The notes under the pieces were generated by a model. It did not search any database. It was not told the DNA's origin and saw only the letters and a list, made by a program, of their open reading frames with translations. This document shows positions 45,740 through 55,843 of a DNA stretch of 64,000 nt, piece after piece. Source of the DNA: Escherichia coli (GTDB lineage: Bacteria; Pseudomonadota; Gammaproteobacteria; Enterobacterales; Enterobacteriaceae); NCBI RefSeq assembly GCF_045037415.1, contig NZ_CP173438.1. One strand, given 5' to 3'. Numbering within the stretch: position 1 is the first letter of the stretch; each line of letters opens with the position of its first letter. The position numbers and the translations under genes are program-made.

Positions 45740-46510
45740 TTAGCTACGCAAACCACGTCCACGTTGGATCAGCGACCAACAGATCAAATAAAACGCCACA
45801 ATAAAGACCACCAGTACGCCAAAGGTAGTGACCAGCGGAACATCATTGATACCGAGGAAGCCGTAGCGGAAACCACTGATCATATAAACGATTGGGTTCA
45901 GGTGCGACAGCCCTTGCCAGAACGGCGGCAACAAAGTCAGGGAGTAAAACACCCCGCCCAAATACGTGAGTGGCGTTAACACAAAGGTTGGCACCAGGCT
46001 GATGTCATCGAACGTTTTAGCAAACACGCCGTTCAGCAAACCCGCAAGGGAGAATAGCACCGCAGTGAGCACCAGGGTTAAGGCAACGAATACCCACGAA
46101 TGCACCTGAAACGGCACAAAAAACAGTGAAATTGCCGTCACCAGAATACCAACAAACAGACCACGCGCCACGCCACCACCGACATATCCGGCAATAATGA
46201 CATGAGTCGGAACCGGCGCTACCAGCAGCTCTTCAATATTACGCTGGAACTTGGCACCAAAAAATGATGACGCGACGTTAGCGTAGGCGTTGGTGATCAC
46301 CGACATCATGATCAGCCCCGGTACGATGAACTGCATGTAGCTGAAGCCATGCATATCGCCAATACGCGAACCAATCAGGTTACCGAAGATAATAAAGTAA
46401 AGGGTCATGGTGATGACTGGCGGCACCAGCGTCTGCACCCAGATACGCATAAAGCGATGGATCTCTTTCGCCCAGATGCTTTTTAGCGCCACCCAGTAAA
46501 GATGCATCAT
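45740..46510 (-). CDS. yadH: ABC-2 type transporter permease YadH
   Basis: 256-aa hydrophobic translation; overlaps the yadG stop. Confidence 0.9.
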   Translation of the reverse strand: MMHLYWVALKSIWAKEIHRFMRIWVQTLVPPVITMTLYFIIFGNLIGSRIGDMHGFSYMQFIVPGLIMMSVITNAYANVASSFFGAKFQRNIEELLVAPVPTHVIIAGYVGGGVARGLFVGILVTAISLFFVPFQVHSWVFVALTLVLTAVLFSLAGLLNGVFAKTFDDISLVPTFVLTPLTYLGGVFYSLTLLPPFWQGLSHLNPIVYMISGFRYGFLGINDVPLVTTFGVLVVFIVAFYLICWSLIQRGRGLRS

Positions 46511-47433
46511 GTGCGATCTCCTTGTTTTTCATTAACCAGTGAAACAAACAGCTCTTCCAGACGGTTAGCTTTGTTACGCATACTTAATACCTGAATGCCC
46601 TGCTCACTTAACTGCGTAAATACGCTGTTGATGCCCTGCTCACGCAGCACTTCAACTTCCAGCGTGGCGGTATCTACCAGTCGATACTGATAGCCATCGA
46701 GCTTCGGTAACGGACTTTTCGGTGCGAGATCGAGAATAAAGGTTTCTGATTTCAGCTTCGCCAGCAGCGCCTTCATCGAAGTATTTTCCACCAACTCACC
46801 GTGTTGAATAATGCCGATATTGCGGCACAGCATTTCTGCTTCTTCCAGGTAGTGTGTGGTGAGAATGATGGTGGTGCCTTTGTCGTTTAAATCCTTCAAA
46901 AAGCCCCACATTGAGCGGCGAAGTTCAATATCCACGCCTGCGGTCGGTTCGTCGAGAATCAGTAGTTTAGGTTCATGCATTAACGCACGGGCAATCATTA
47001 AACGGCGCTTCATCCCGCCAGATAACATACGCGCACGTTCGTTGCGTTTTCCCCATAGATCGAGTTGTTTAAGATACTTTTCGCTGCGAATGTACGCTTC
47101 TTTGCGCTCCACACCGTAGTACCCTGCCTGATTCACCACAATTTGCTGCACGGTTTCAAACGGGTTGAAGTTAAATTCCTGTGGCACCAGACCCAACTGA
47201 CGTTTAGCGTTTACGACATCTTTCTCGAGATCGTAACCAAATACGCTGACCCGCCCGGAGGTTTTATTTACCAGAGAGCTGATAATACCGATAGTGGTCG
47301 ATTTTCCGGCCCCGTTCGGCCCGAGAAGCGCATAAAAATCACCCGCTTCGACCTGCAAATCGATTCCACGAAGCGCCTGAACGCCGCCTGGATAGGTTTT
47401 TTTAAGCTGTTGAAGTTCCAGTGCAATGGTCAT
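46507..47433 (-). CDS. yadG: ABC transporter ATP-binding protein YadG
   Basis: 308-aa translation, Walker A GPNGAGKST, signature LSGGMKRR. Confidence 0.9.
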   Translation of the reverse strand: MTIALELQQLKKTYPGGVQALRGIDLQVEAGDFYALLGPNGAGKSTTIGIISSLVNKTSGRVSVFGYDLEKDVVNAKRQLGLVPQEFNFNPFETVQQIVVNQAGYYGVERKEAYIRSEKYLKQLDLWGKRNERARMLSGGMKRRLMIARALMHEPKLLILDEPTAGVDIELRRSMWGFLKDLNDKGTTIILTTHYLEEAEMLCRNIGIIQHGELVENTSMKALLAKLKSETFILDLAPKSPLPKLDGYQYRLVDTATLEVEVLREQGINSVFTQLSEQGIQVLSMRNKANRLEELFVSLVNEKQGDRT

Positions 47434-47541
47434 AAATTTTTACTTACCTTACGTTCTTACACTTTATCTGTGGTTTAAATCGTCCCGGAGTTGCCCTATA
47501 TTAGCCAAACGTAATTATTTGGTTACAGGTCGTTAACCTCC

Positions 47542-48204
47542 ATGAAAGACATAGATACACTCATCAGCAACAATGCACTATGGTCAAAAATGCTGGTGGA
47601 AGAGGATCCCGGGTTTTTTGAGAAACTGGCACAAGCGCAAAAACCGCGCTTTCTATGGATTGGATGTTCCGACAGTCGCGTTCCTGCAGAACGTTTAACC
47701 GGTCTTGAGCCGGGCGAACTCTTTGTTCACCGTAATGTTGCTAACCTGGTCATTCACACCGACCTGAACTGCCTTTCCGTGGTTCAGTATGCAGTGGATG
47801 TACTCGAAGTTGAACACATTATTATCTGTGGCCACTACGGTTGCGGCGGCGTACAAGCCGCAGTTGAAAACCCGGAACTGGGGCTTATCAACAACTGGCT
47901 GCTGCATATCCGCGATATCTGGTTCAAACATAGCTCATTGCTCGGCGAAATGCCGCAAGAGCGCCGTCTGGATACCTTGTGTGAACTGAACGTCATGGAA
48001 CAGGTGTATAACCTGGGCCACTCCACCATTATGCAATCAGCGTGGAAACGCGGGCAGAAAGTTACCATTCACGGCTGGGCCTACGGCATTCACGACGGCT
48101 TGCTGCGTGATCTGGATGTCACAGCGACTAACCGCGAAACCCTTGAGCAACGTTACCGTCACGGGATCTCCAACCTCAAGCTGAAACACGCCAACCACAA
48201 ATAA
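47542..48204 (+). CDS. can: beta-class carbonic anhydrase 2
   Basis: 220-aa translation with CSDSR and HxxCG zinc ligand motifs. Confidence 0.95.
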   Translation: MKDIDTLISNNALWSKMLVEEDPGFFEKLAQAQKPRFLWIGCSDSRVPAERLTGLEPGELFVHRNVANLVIHTDLNCLSVVQYAVDVLEVEHIIICGHYGCGGVQAAVENPELGLINNWLLHIRDIWFKHSSLLGEMPQERRLDTLCELNVMEQVYNLGHSTIMQSAWKRGQKVTIHGWAYGIHDGLLRDLDVTATNRETLEQRYRHGISNLKLKHANHK

Positions 48205-48213
48205 AAATGCCAT

Positions 48214-48234
48214 GCCGGATGCAACACATCCGGC
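48214..48234. terminator. hairpin between convergent can and hpt
   Basis: gccggatg caaca catccggc inverted repeat. Confidence 0.45.
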
Positions 48235-48244
48235 AACTTCACAC

Positions 48245-48781
48245 TTACTCGTCCAGCAGAATCACTTTGCCGATATACGGCAGATGACGGTAACGCTGTG
48301 CGTAATCAATGCCGTAACCCACCACAAACTCATCCGGGATCGAGAAACCGATAAATTCTACCGGGACGTTCACTTCACGACGGGACGGTTTATCCAGCAG
48401 CGTACAAATCGCCAACGACTTCGGTTCGCGCAGGCTTAAGATCTCACGCACTTTCGACAGTGTATTCCCCGAGTCGATGATATCTTCAACAATCAGCACG
48501 TCCTTGCCACGGATATCTTCATCCAGATCTTTGAGGATTTTCACATCACGGGTGGTGGACATGCCGCTACCGTAGCTGGAGGCGGTCATAAAGTCGACTT
48601 CATGAGATACCTGAACTTCACGGCACAGGTCCGCCATAAACATAAATGAGCCACGCAGCAGACCCACCAGCACCATATCGCTGCCGCTGTCTTTGTAACG
48701 CTCAGTAATCTGACGACCCAGTTCGGCGATACGCGCTTTAATCTCCGCTTCGGGGATCATTACTTCTACAGTATGTTTCAT
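48245..48781 (-). CDS. hpt: hypoxanthine phosphoribosyltransferase
   Basis: ORF 48245..48856; start moved to [15 protein letters not shown] (178 aa); PRPP-binding [13 protein letters not shown]. Confidence 0.95.
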
Positions 48782-48986
48782 ATCTATAACCATATGATTT
48801 AAAAACAAATCACTTCGCACGGGCAGGTTTTGGCACCGCAACAAAGCGCAAGACACGCAGTATACCAGTAAAACTATTCATTCGCGGAATCTGTTAATAA
48901 AGCTCGAATTGTGATGACGATCACACATGTTAAAACCTATAATTAATTGCTACTAAAATATTAATGAATTGAAATGGTGTCTCTTT

Positions 48987-51377
48987 ATGGCAATTAACAA
49001 TACCGGCTCGCGGCGATTACTCGTCACGCTAACAGCCCTTTTTGCAGCGCTTTGCGGGCTGTATCTACTCATTGGCGGAGGCTGGCTGGTCGCGATTGGC
49101 GGCTCCTGGTACTACCCTATCGCTGGCCTTGTGATGCTCAGCGTCGCCTGGATGCTGTGGCGCAGTAAACGCGCCGCGCTTTGGCTGTACGCAGCCCTGC
49201 TGCTCGGCACTATGATTTGGGGCGTCTGGGAAGTTGGTTTCGACTTCTGGGCGCTGACTCCGCGCAGCGACATTCTGGTCTTCTTCGGCATCTGGCTGAT
49301 CCTGCCGTTTGTCTGGCGTCGCCTGGTCATTCCTGCCAGCGGCGCAGTTGCCGCACTGGTGGTCGCACTGCTGATTAGCGGTGGTATCCTGACCTGGGCC
49401 GGATTTAACGATCCGCAGGAAATCAGCGGCACCTTAAGCGCCGATACCACGCCAGCAGAAGCCATCTCCCCCGTTGCCGATCAGGACTGGCCTGCCTATG
49501 GTCGCAATCAGGAAGGTCAACGCTTTTCACCTCTGAAACAAATTAACGCTGATAACGTCCACAAGCTGAAAGAAGCCTGGGTGTTCCGTACTGGCGATGT
49601 GAAGCAGCCGAACGATCCGGGCGAAATCACCAATGAAGTGACGCCAATTAAAGTGGGCGACACCCTTTACCTGTGTACCGCGCACCAACGTCTGTTTGCG
49701 CTGGATGCCGCCAGCGGTAAAGAGAAATGGCATTACGATCCTGAGCTGAAAACCAACGAGTCCTTCCAGCATGTAACCTGCCGTGGCGTCTCTTATCATG
49801 AAGCCAAAGCAGAAACTGCTTCGCCGGAAGTGATGGCGGATTGCCCGCGTCGTATCATTCTTCCGGTCAATGATGGTCGTCTGATTGCAATTAACGCTGA
49901 AAACGGCAAGCTGTGCGAAACCTTCGCCAATAAAGGCGTGCTCAATCTGCAAAGCAATATGCCGGACACCAAACCGGGTCTGTATGAGCCGACTTCGCCG
50001 CCGATTATCACCGATAAAACCATCGTGATGGCCGGTTCAGTCACCGATAACTTCTCAACCCGTGAAACATCTGGCGTGATCCGTGGTTTTGATGTCAACA
50101 CCGGGGAGCTGCTGTGGGCTTTTGATCCGGGCGCGAAAGATCCGAATGCGATCCCGTCTGACGAACATACCTTTACCTTTAACTCACCAAACTCGTGGGC
50201 ACCAGCGGCCTATGACGCGAAGCTGGATCTGGTCTATCTGCCGATGGGCGTCACCACGCCAGATATTTGGGGTGGTAACCGCACACCGGAACAGGAACGT
50301 TATGCCAGCTCGATTCTGGCGCTGAATGCCACTACCGGGAAACTGGCGTGGAGCTACCAGACCGTTCACCACGACCTGTGGGATATGGATCTTCCGGCAC
50401 AGCCGACGCTGGCGGACATCACCGTTAATGGTCAGAAAGTGCCGATTATTTACGCTCCGGCGAAAACCGGCAACATTTTTGTGCTCGATCGTCGTAATGG
50501 TGAACTGGTGGTTCCGGCCCCGGAAAAACCGGTTCCCCAAGGTGCTGCCAAAGGCGATTACGTGACCCCTACTCAACCCTTCTCGGAACTGAGCTTCCGT
50601 CCGACGAAAGATTTGAGCGGTGCGGATATGTGGGGTGCCACCATGTTTGACCAGTTGGTGTGCCGCGTGATGTTCCACCAGATGCGCTATGAAGGCATTT
50701 TTACGCCGCCATCTGAACAGGGTACGCTGGTCTTCCCGGGTAACCTGGGGATGTTCGAATGGGGCGGGATTTCCGTTGATCCGAATCGTGAAGTGGCGAT
50801 TGCCAACCCAATGGCACTGCCGTTTGTTTCGAAACTGATCCCACGCGGTCCAGGCAACCCGATGGAACAGCCGAAAGATGCCAAAGGCACGGGTACGGAA
50901 TCCGGCATCCAGCCACAGTACGGTGTACCGTATGGTGTCACGCTCAACCCGTTCCTCTCACCGTTTGGTCTGCCATGTAAACAGCCAGCATGGGGCTATA
51001 TCTCAGCATTGGATCTGAAAACCAATGAAGTGGTGTGGAAAAAACGTATTGGTACGCCGCAGGACAGTATGCCATTCCCGATGCCTGTACCGGTGCCGTT
51101 CAATATGGGTATGCCGATGCTTGGCGGGCCAATCTCCACGGCGGGTAACGTGCTGTTTATCGCCGCTACGGCAGATAACTACCTGCGCGCTTACAACATG
51201 AGCAACGGTGAAAAACTGTGGCAGGGTCGTTTACCAGCGGGTGGTCAGGCTACGCCAATGACCTATGAAGTGAATGGCAAGCAGTATGTGGTGATCTCCG
51301 CAGGCGGTCACGGTTCATTTGGTACGAAGATGGGCGACTATATTGTGGCTTATGCGCTGCCGGATGATGTGAAGTAA
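48987..51377 (+). CDS. gcd: PQQ-dependent membrane glucose dehydrogenase
   Basis: ORF 48969..51377; start moved to MAINNTGSRRLL (796 aa); N-terminal TM helices and PQQ beta-propeller. Confidence 0.95.
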   Translation: MAINNTGSRRLLVTLTALFAALCGLYLLIGGGWLVAIGGSWYYPIAGLVMLSVAWMLWRSKRAALWLYAALLLGTMIWGVWEVGFDFWALTPRSDILVFFGIWLILPFVWRRLVIPASGAVAALVVALLISGGILTWAGFNDPQEISGTLSADTTPAEAISPVADQDWPAYGRNQEGQRFSPLKQINADNVHKLKEAWVFRTGDVKQPNDPGEITNEVTPIKVGDTLYLCTAHQRLFALDAASGKEKWHYDPELKTNESFQHVTCRGVSYHEAKAETASPEVMADCPRRIILPVNDGRLIAINAENGKLCETFANKGVLNLQSNMPDTKPGLYEPTSPPIITDKTIVMAGSVTDNFSTRETSGVIRGFDVNTGELLWAFDPGAKDPNAIPSDEHTFTFNSPNSWAPAAYDAKLDLVYLPMGVTTPDIWGGNRTPEQERYASSILALNATTGKLAWSYQTVHHDLWDMDLPAQPTLADITVNGQKVPIIYAPAKTGNIFVLDRRNGELVVPAPEKPVPQGAAKGDYVTPTQPFSELSFRPTKDLSGADMWGATMFDQLVCRVMFHQMRYEGIFTPPSEQGTLVFPGNLGMFEWGGISVDPNREVAIANPMALPFVSKLIPRGPGNPMEQPKDAKGTGTESGIQPQYGVPYGVTLNPFLSPFGLPCKQPAWGYISALDLKTNEVVWKKRIGTPQDSMPFPMPVPVPFNMGMPMLGGPISTAGNVLFIAATADNYLRAYNMSNGEKLWQGRLPAGGQATPMTYEVNGKQYVVISAGGHGSFGTKMGDYIVAYALPDDVK

Positions 51378-51382
51378 CCATA

Positions 51383-51404
51383 ATGCCCGGAGAGATCCGG
51401 GCAT
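51383..51404 (+). terminator. hairpin downstream of gcd (between convergent gcd and cueO)
   Basis: atgcccgg agagat ccgggcat followed by atttcc. Confidence 0.45.
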
Positions 51405-51423
51405 ATTTCCGAATACGGTCTTT

Positions 51424-52974
51424 TTATACCGTAAACCCTAACATCATCCCCGTATCTTCATGCTCCAGCAGATGGCAGTGCGCCATATAAGCATGTTCTT
51501 TCGGTGCATCGTGATTAAACTTCACCAGCACTTCGCTGACATTACCTTCTACCTTAACGGTATCTTTCCAGCCTGCGCGATGCGTCGCTGGCGGTTTGCC
51601 ATTTTCTGACAAGATACGGAACTGCGTACCGTGGATATGGAACGGATGCAGCATCATGTCGCCCACGCCAGAGATAACCCAACGTTCGTACTGCCCTTTC
51701 GCCGCCGCAAACATCGGCTTATTCATATCAAACGCCTGACCGTTGATTTTGTTGGCATGGTGGAAATCGAACTTCCCGCTGTGGTTCATATGATTCATAT
51801 TGCCGTGCCCCATATGGCCCATCATCTGGCTGTGATCCATCCCGGCCATGGCCTGATCGCCATATTTCTCCATCAGCATCTGCATCCCCATCATATCGAG
51901 CATTGGGTCCATAGAAAGTTGCAGATTGCGTACCGTCAGCCCTTCCAGCGAAGGTAACGCAGGCAGGCTACTTAATGTGTCTGGCAAAGCACCAGAGGCA
52001 CTAATGGCAATCGGCTGAATCCGCATTACCGGATGCGGCTTGTCAAACGGCGCAATCGCCATCCCCATCTGGCTGACCGGCAGCGTCACCAGGTCAAAGG
52101 GTTTGTTATCGTTAACCTCCACCAGCACTTCAAAACGCTCGCCCATCAGCACTGGCAGCTCGTTCACCTTCACCGGTTCAGGTAGCAGACCGCCGTCGCT
52201 GGCAATCACATAAAGCGGGCGATTGTCGCTGGTGGCGAAATTGAGCGAGCGGGCATTACAGCCATTGAGCAAACGCAGGCGCAGCCAGCCACGCGGGGCA
52301 GCGTGTTGCGGGTAGATTGCACCGTTGGTCAGCAACGTATCGCCAAACCAACCCACAGCGGCGGTCATCACATCCAGTTGATAATCAATCTGCCCGTCTG
52401 CGTTAAATTTTTTATCCTGAACAATCACCGGGACATCATCAATACCCCACTGTTTTGGCAGCATTAATTTCAGGATCTCGTCATCTTCAATCACCACCAA
52501 ACCAGCCAGCCCCATCGCCACCTGACGTCCGGTCTTGCCATGTTGATGTGGATGGAACCAGCAGGTAGCGGCAGGTTGATCAACGTTCAACGTCACCGAG
52601 CGCTTGCCACCTGGCGGAATAATTCCCTGCGGGCCGCCGTCCACTTCACCCGGTACTTCCAGCCCGTGCCAGTGCAACGTCGTCTCTTCCGTCAGTTGGT
52701 TGTAGATATCAACCGTTACCGCTTTGCCGCGCTGTAATTTCACCGCCGGCCCCAGCAGATTGCCGTTATAGCCCCAGGTAGTTGCGGTTTTCCCGCCAAA
52801 GGTGGACTGACCTGCGCCAATAGTTAACTGAATGCGATTACGGGCATCGGTCGTGAGCAAATCAGGGATTGGTAACGTTGGGCGTTCCGCCGCAAATACT
52901 GCGCGGCTCCACAGCGGCAAGGCTGAAGCCACCCCCAGCGCGACGGAATATTTCAAGAAATCACGACGTTGCAT
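51424..52974 (-). CDS. cueO: multicopper oxidase CueO (Tat-exported cuprous oxidase)
   Basis: ORF 51424..53013; start moved to [14 protein letters not shown] twin-arginine signal (516 aa); HWHG and [13 protein letters not shown] copper sites; Met-rich insert. Confidence 0.95.
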   Translation of the reverse strand: MQRRDFLKYSVALGVASALPLWSRAVFAAERPTLPIPDLLTTDARNRIQLTIGAGQSTFGGKTATTWGYNGNLLGPAVKLQRGKAVTVDIYNQLTEETTLHWHGLEVPGEVDGGPQGIIPPGGKRSVTLNVDQPAATCWFHPHQHGKTGRQVAMGLAGLVVIEDDEILKLMLPKQWGIDDVPVIVQDKKFNADGQIDYQLDVMTAAVGWFGDTLLTNGAIYPQHAAPRGWLRLRLLNGCNARSLNFATSDNRPLYVIASDGGLLPEPVKVNELPVLMGERFEVLVEVNDNKPFDLVTLPVSQMGMAIAPFDKPHPVMRIQPIAISASGALPDTLSSLPALPSLEGLTVRNLQLSMDPMLDMMGMQMLMEKYGDQAMAGMDHSQMMGHMGHGNMNHMNHSGKFDFHHANKINGQAFDMNKPMFAAAKGQYERWVISGVGDMMLHPFHIHGTQFRILSENGKPPATHRAGWKDTVKVEGNVSEVLVKFNHDAPKEHAYMAHCHLLEHEDTGMMLGFTV

Positions 52975-53139
52975 AGTTATTTCCTTATTCTTAAGCAGGC
53001 GAAACAAAATCAAACGTTGAGCATAGTCCTTCCCCTTACGGGAAGGTCAAGCCGCAGACACAATTTAATCGACAATAATGGTCGTCGCCTCGCTCGCAGT
53101 GTGCTAACGTTTATCTTCTTTAAGCCCCTGGTAGAAGCA

Positions 53140-53487
53140 ATGAAGACGTTTTTCAGAACAGTGTTATTCGGCAGCCTGATGGCCGTTTGCGCAAACAGTT
53201 ACGCGCTCAGCGAGTCTGAAGCCGAAGATATGGCCGATTTAACGGCAGTTTTTGTTTTTCTGAAGAACGATTGTGGTTACCAGAACTTACCTAACGGGCA
53301 AATTCGTCGCGCGCTGGTCTTTTTCGCCCAGCAAAACCAGTGGGATCTCAGTAATTACGACACCTTCGACATGAAAGCCCTCGGTGAAGACAGCTACCGC
53401 GATCTCAGTGGCATTGGCATTCCCGTCGCTAAAAAGTGCAAAGCCCTGGCCCGCGATTCCTTAAGCCTGCTTGCCTACGTCAAATAA
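53140..53487 (+). CDS. yacC: uncharacterized periplasmic protein YacC
   Basis: ORF 52969..53487; start moved to MKTFFRTVLFGSLMAVCANSYA signal peptide (115 aa). Confidence 0.8.
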   Translation: MKTFFRTVLFGSLMAVCANSYALSESEAEDMADLTAVFVFLKNDCGYQNLPNGQIRRALVFFAQQNQWDLSNYDTFDMKALGEDSYRDLSGIGIPVAKKCKALARDSLSLLAYVK

Positions 53488-53592
53488 TCCCTGATACCTT
53501 TTTGTAGAAATATTGACCGTGCATCCGCGGTCAATGTTAGCTATTATGTTGCGCCATTTTTTTACGGGTGTTAACAAAGGAGGTATCAACCC

Positions 53593-54459
53593 ATGGCCGA
53601 AAAAAAACAGTGGCATGAAACGCTACACGACCAGTTTGGGCAGTACTTTGCGGTAGATAACGTTCTGTATCATGAAAAGACCGATCACCAGGATCTGATC
53701 ATTTTTGAGAACGCCGCATTTGGTCGCGTAATGGCGCTGGATGGCGTAGTACAAACCACCGAGCGCGACGAGTTTATCTATCATGAGATGATGACCCATG
53801 TTCCGCTACTGGCCCACGGTCACGCGAAACATGTGCTGATTATCGGCGGCGGCGACGGTGCCATGCTGCGTGAAGTAACCCGACATAAAAACGTTGAGTC
53901 AATCACGATGGTGGAAATCGATGCGGGTGTCGTGTCGTTCTGCCGTCAGTATCTTCCCAACCATAACGCCGGTAGTTACGACGATCCGCGCTTTAAGCTG
54001 GTGATCGACGATGGCGTCAATTTCGTTAATCAAACCAGCCAGACCTTTGATGTCATTATCTCCGACTGCACCGATCCTATCGGTCCCGGCGAAAGTCTGT
54101 TCACTTCGGCATTTTATGAAGGCTGCAAACGTTGCCTGAATCCTGGCGGTATTTTCGTTGCGCAGAACGGCGTCTGCTTTTTACAGCAGGAAGAGGCCAT
54201 CGACAGTCATCGCAAACTCAGCCATTACTTCAGCGATGTTGGCTTTTATCAGGCGGCGATCCCGACCTATTACGGCGGCATCATGACCTTTGCATGGGCG
54301 ACAGATAACGACGCCTTACGCCATCTTTCAACCGAAATTATTCAGGCGCGTTTTCTCGCTTCTGGCCTGAAATGCCGTTATTACAATCCGGCAGTCCATA
54401 CGGCAGCTTTTGCCTTACCCCAGTATCTGCAAGATGCACTGGCTTCACAGCCGTCCTAA
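53593..54459 (+). CDS. speE: spermidine synthase
   Basis: 288-aa translation ([11 protein letters not shown] motif). Confidence 0.95.
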   Translation: MAEKKQWHETLHDQFGQYFAVDNVLYHEKTDHQDLIIFENAAFGRVMALDGVVQTTERDEFIYHEMMTHVPLLAHGHAKHVLIIGGGDGAMLREVTRHKNVESITMVEIDAGVVSFCRQYLPNHNAGSYDDPRFKLVIDDGVNFVNQTSQTFDVIISDCTDPIGPGESLFTSAFYEGCKRCLNPGGIFVAQNGVCFLQQEEAIDSHRKLSHYFSDVGFYQAAIPTYYGGIMTFAWATDNDALRHLSTEIIQARFLASGLKCRYYNPAVHTAAFALPQYLQDALASQPS

Positions 54460-54474
54460 GGAGAAGATAAGAAA

Positions 54475-55269
54475 TTGAAAAAACTGAAACTGCATGGCTT
54501 TAATAATCTGACCAAAAGTCTGAGTTTTTGTATTTACGATATCTGCTACGCCAAAACTACCGAAGAGCGCGACGGTTATATTGCTTATATCGATGAACTC
54601 TATAATGCCAACCGTCTGACCGAAATCCTGTCAGAAACCTGTTCCATTATCGGGGCCAATATTCTTAACATCGCCCGCCAGGATTACGAACCACAAGGTG
54701 CCAGCGTCACTATTCTGGTGAGTGAAGAACCGGTCGACCCGAAACTTATCGACAAAACAGAACACCCCGGCCCACTGCCAGAAACGGTCGTTGCCCATCT
54801 CGATAAAAGTCATATTTGCGTACATACCTACCCGGAAAGTCATCCTGAAGGCGGTTTATGTACCTTCCGCGCCGATATTGAAGTCTCTACCTGCGGCGTG
54901 ATTTCTCCGCTGAAGGCGCTGAATTACCTGATCCACCAGCTTGAGTCCGATATTGTGACTATTGATTATCGCGTGCGCGGTTTTACTCGCGACATTAACG
55001 GTATGAAGCACTTTATCGACCATGAGATTAATTCGATTCAGAACTTTATGTCTGACGATATGAAGGCGCTGTATGACATGGTGGATGTGAACGTCTATCA
55101 GGAGAATATCTTCCATACCAAGATGTTGCTTAAAGAGTTCGACCTTAAGCACTACATGTTCCACACCAAACCGGAAGATTTAACCGACAGCGAGCGCCAG
55201 GAAATTACCGCTGCGCTGTGGAAAGAAATGCGCGAGATTTATTACGGGCGCAATATGCCCGCTGTTTAA
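54475..55269 (+). CDS. speD: S-adenosylmethionine decarboxylase proenzyme
   Basis: 264-aa translation; TTG start read at 54475. Confidence 0.9.
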   Translation: MKKLKLHGFNNLTKSLSFCIYDICYAKTTEERDGYIAYIDELYNANRLTEILSETCSIIGANILNIARQDYEPQGASVTILVSEEPVDPKLIDKTEHPGPLPETVVAHLDKSHICVHTYPESHPEGGLCTFRADIEVSTCGVISPLKALNYLIHQLESDIVTIDYRVRGFTRDINGMKHFIDHEINSIQNFMSDDMKALYDMVDVNVYQENIFHTKMLLKEFDLKHYMFHTKPEDLTDSERQEITAALWKEMREIYYGRNMPAV

Positions 55270-55273
55270 CGTC

Positions 55274-55301
55274 TCAGGCGGAGCACGGAGGCTCCGCCTG
55301 A
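55274..55301. terminator. hairpin between convergent speD and yacL
   Basis: tcaggcggagc acggag gctccgcctga followed by tttactt. Confidence 0.5.
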
Positions 55302-55306
55302 TTTAC

Positions 55307-55669
55307 TTACTTCTGCTGCACGAAATTACGGTAAGCCGCCACCACCTGAAGAAAATCCTCAACGCCACACAGTGACAAGCTCTCTTCATCGTAGTAGTTC
55401 ATCCCCTCTTCCATTTCATCGCCAGCGAATTCCAGTTGATTGGCGCGAACCATCACCTCTTCACCATCCATCCATAGCGTGTATTCATGCCCTGCCCGTT
55501 GCCAGGAACGTTCGCTACCTTTCAATGCGTGCGCCGCTTGTTCCACTTCATCAAGCAAGGCCAGGTTTTCTTTCACCTCTTCATTAAACCAGTGCCCGAC
55601 CACTTCATGCCCCATGGACATGCGCACCTTTACCACTCCGGTAATATCGCGCAGAAATTCGTAATCCAT
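55307..55669 (-). CDS. yacL: UPF0231 family protein YacL
   Basis: ORF 55307..55717; start moved to [13 protein letters not shown] (120 aa). Confidence 0.85.
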
Positions 55670-55773
55670 AGTGTGTTCCTCTGCTCCCGGCAATGCGCCG
55701 AAATCGCATTGCGCCATTGATGTAATTATCGCAGTCTTACCGGAGAAAAACAGCGGAACGGCGATGGTTTAGA

Positions 55774-55810
55774 AATAAAAAATGCCCGGGAATCTCATTC
55801 ACCGGGCATT
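55774..55810 (-). terminator. acnB rho-independent terminator
   Basis: aatgcccgg ... ccgggcatt inverted repeat; A-run on plus strand gives a T-tract after the stem on the minus strand, 34 nt 3' of the acnB stop. Confidence 0.55.
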
Positions 55811-55843
55811 GTGTCGTTTATGCGCAGCGCGTGCGCTTACTTA

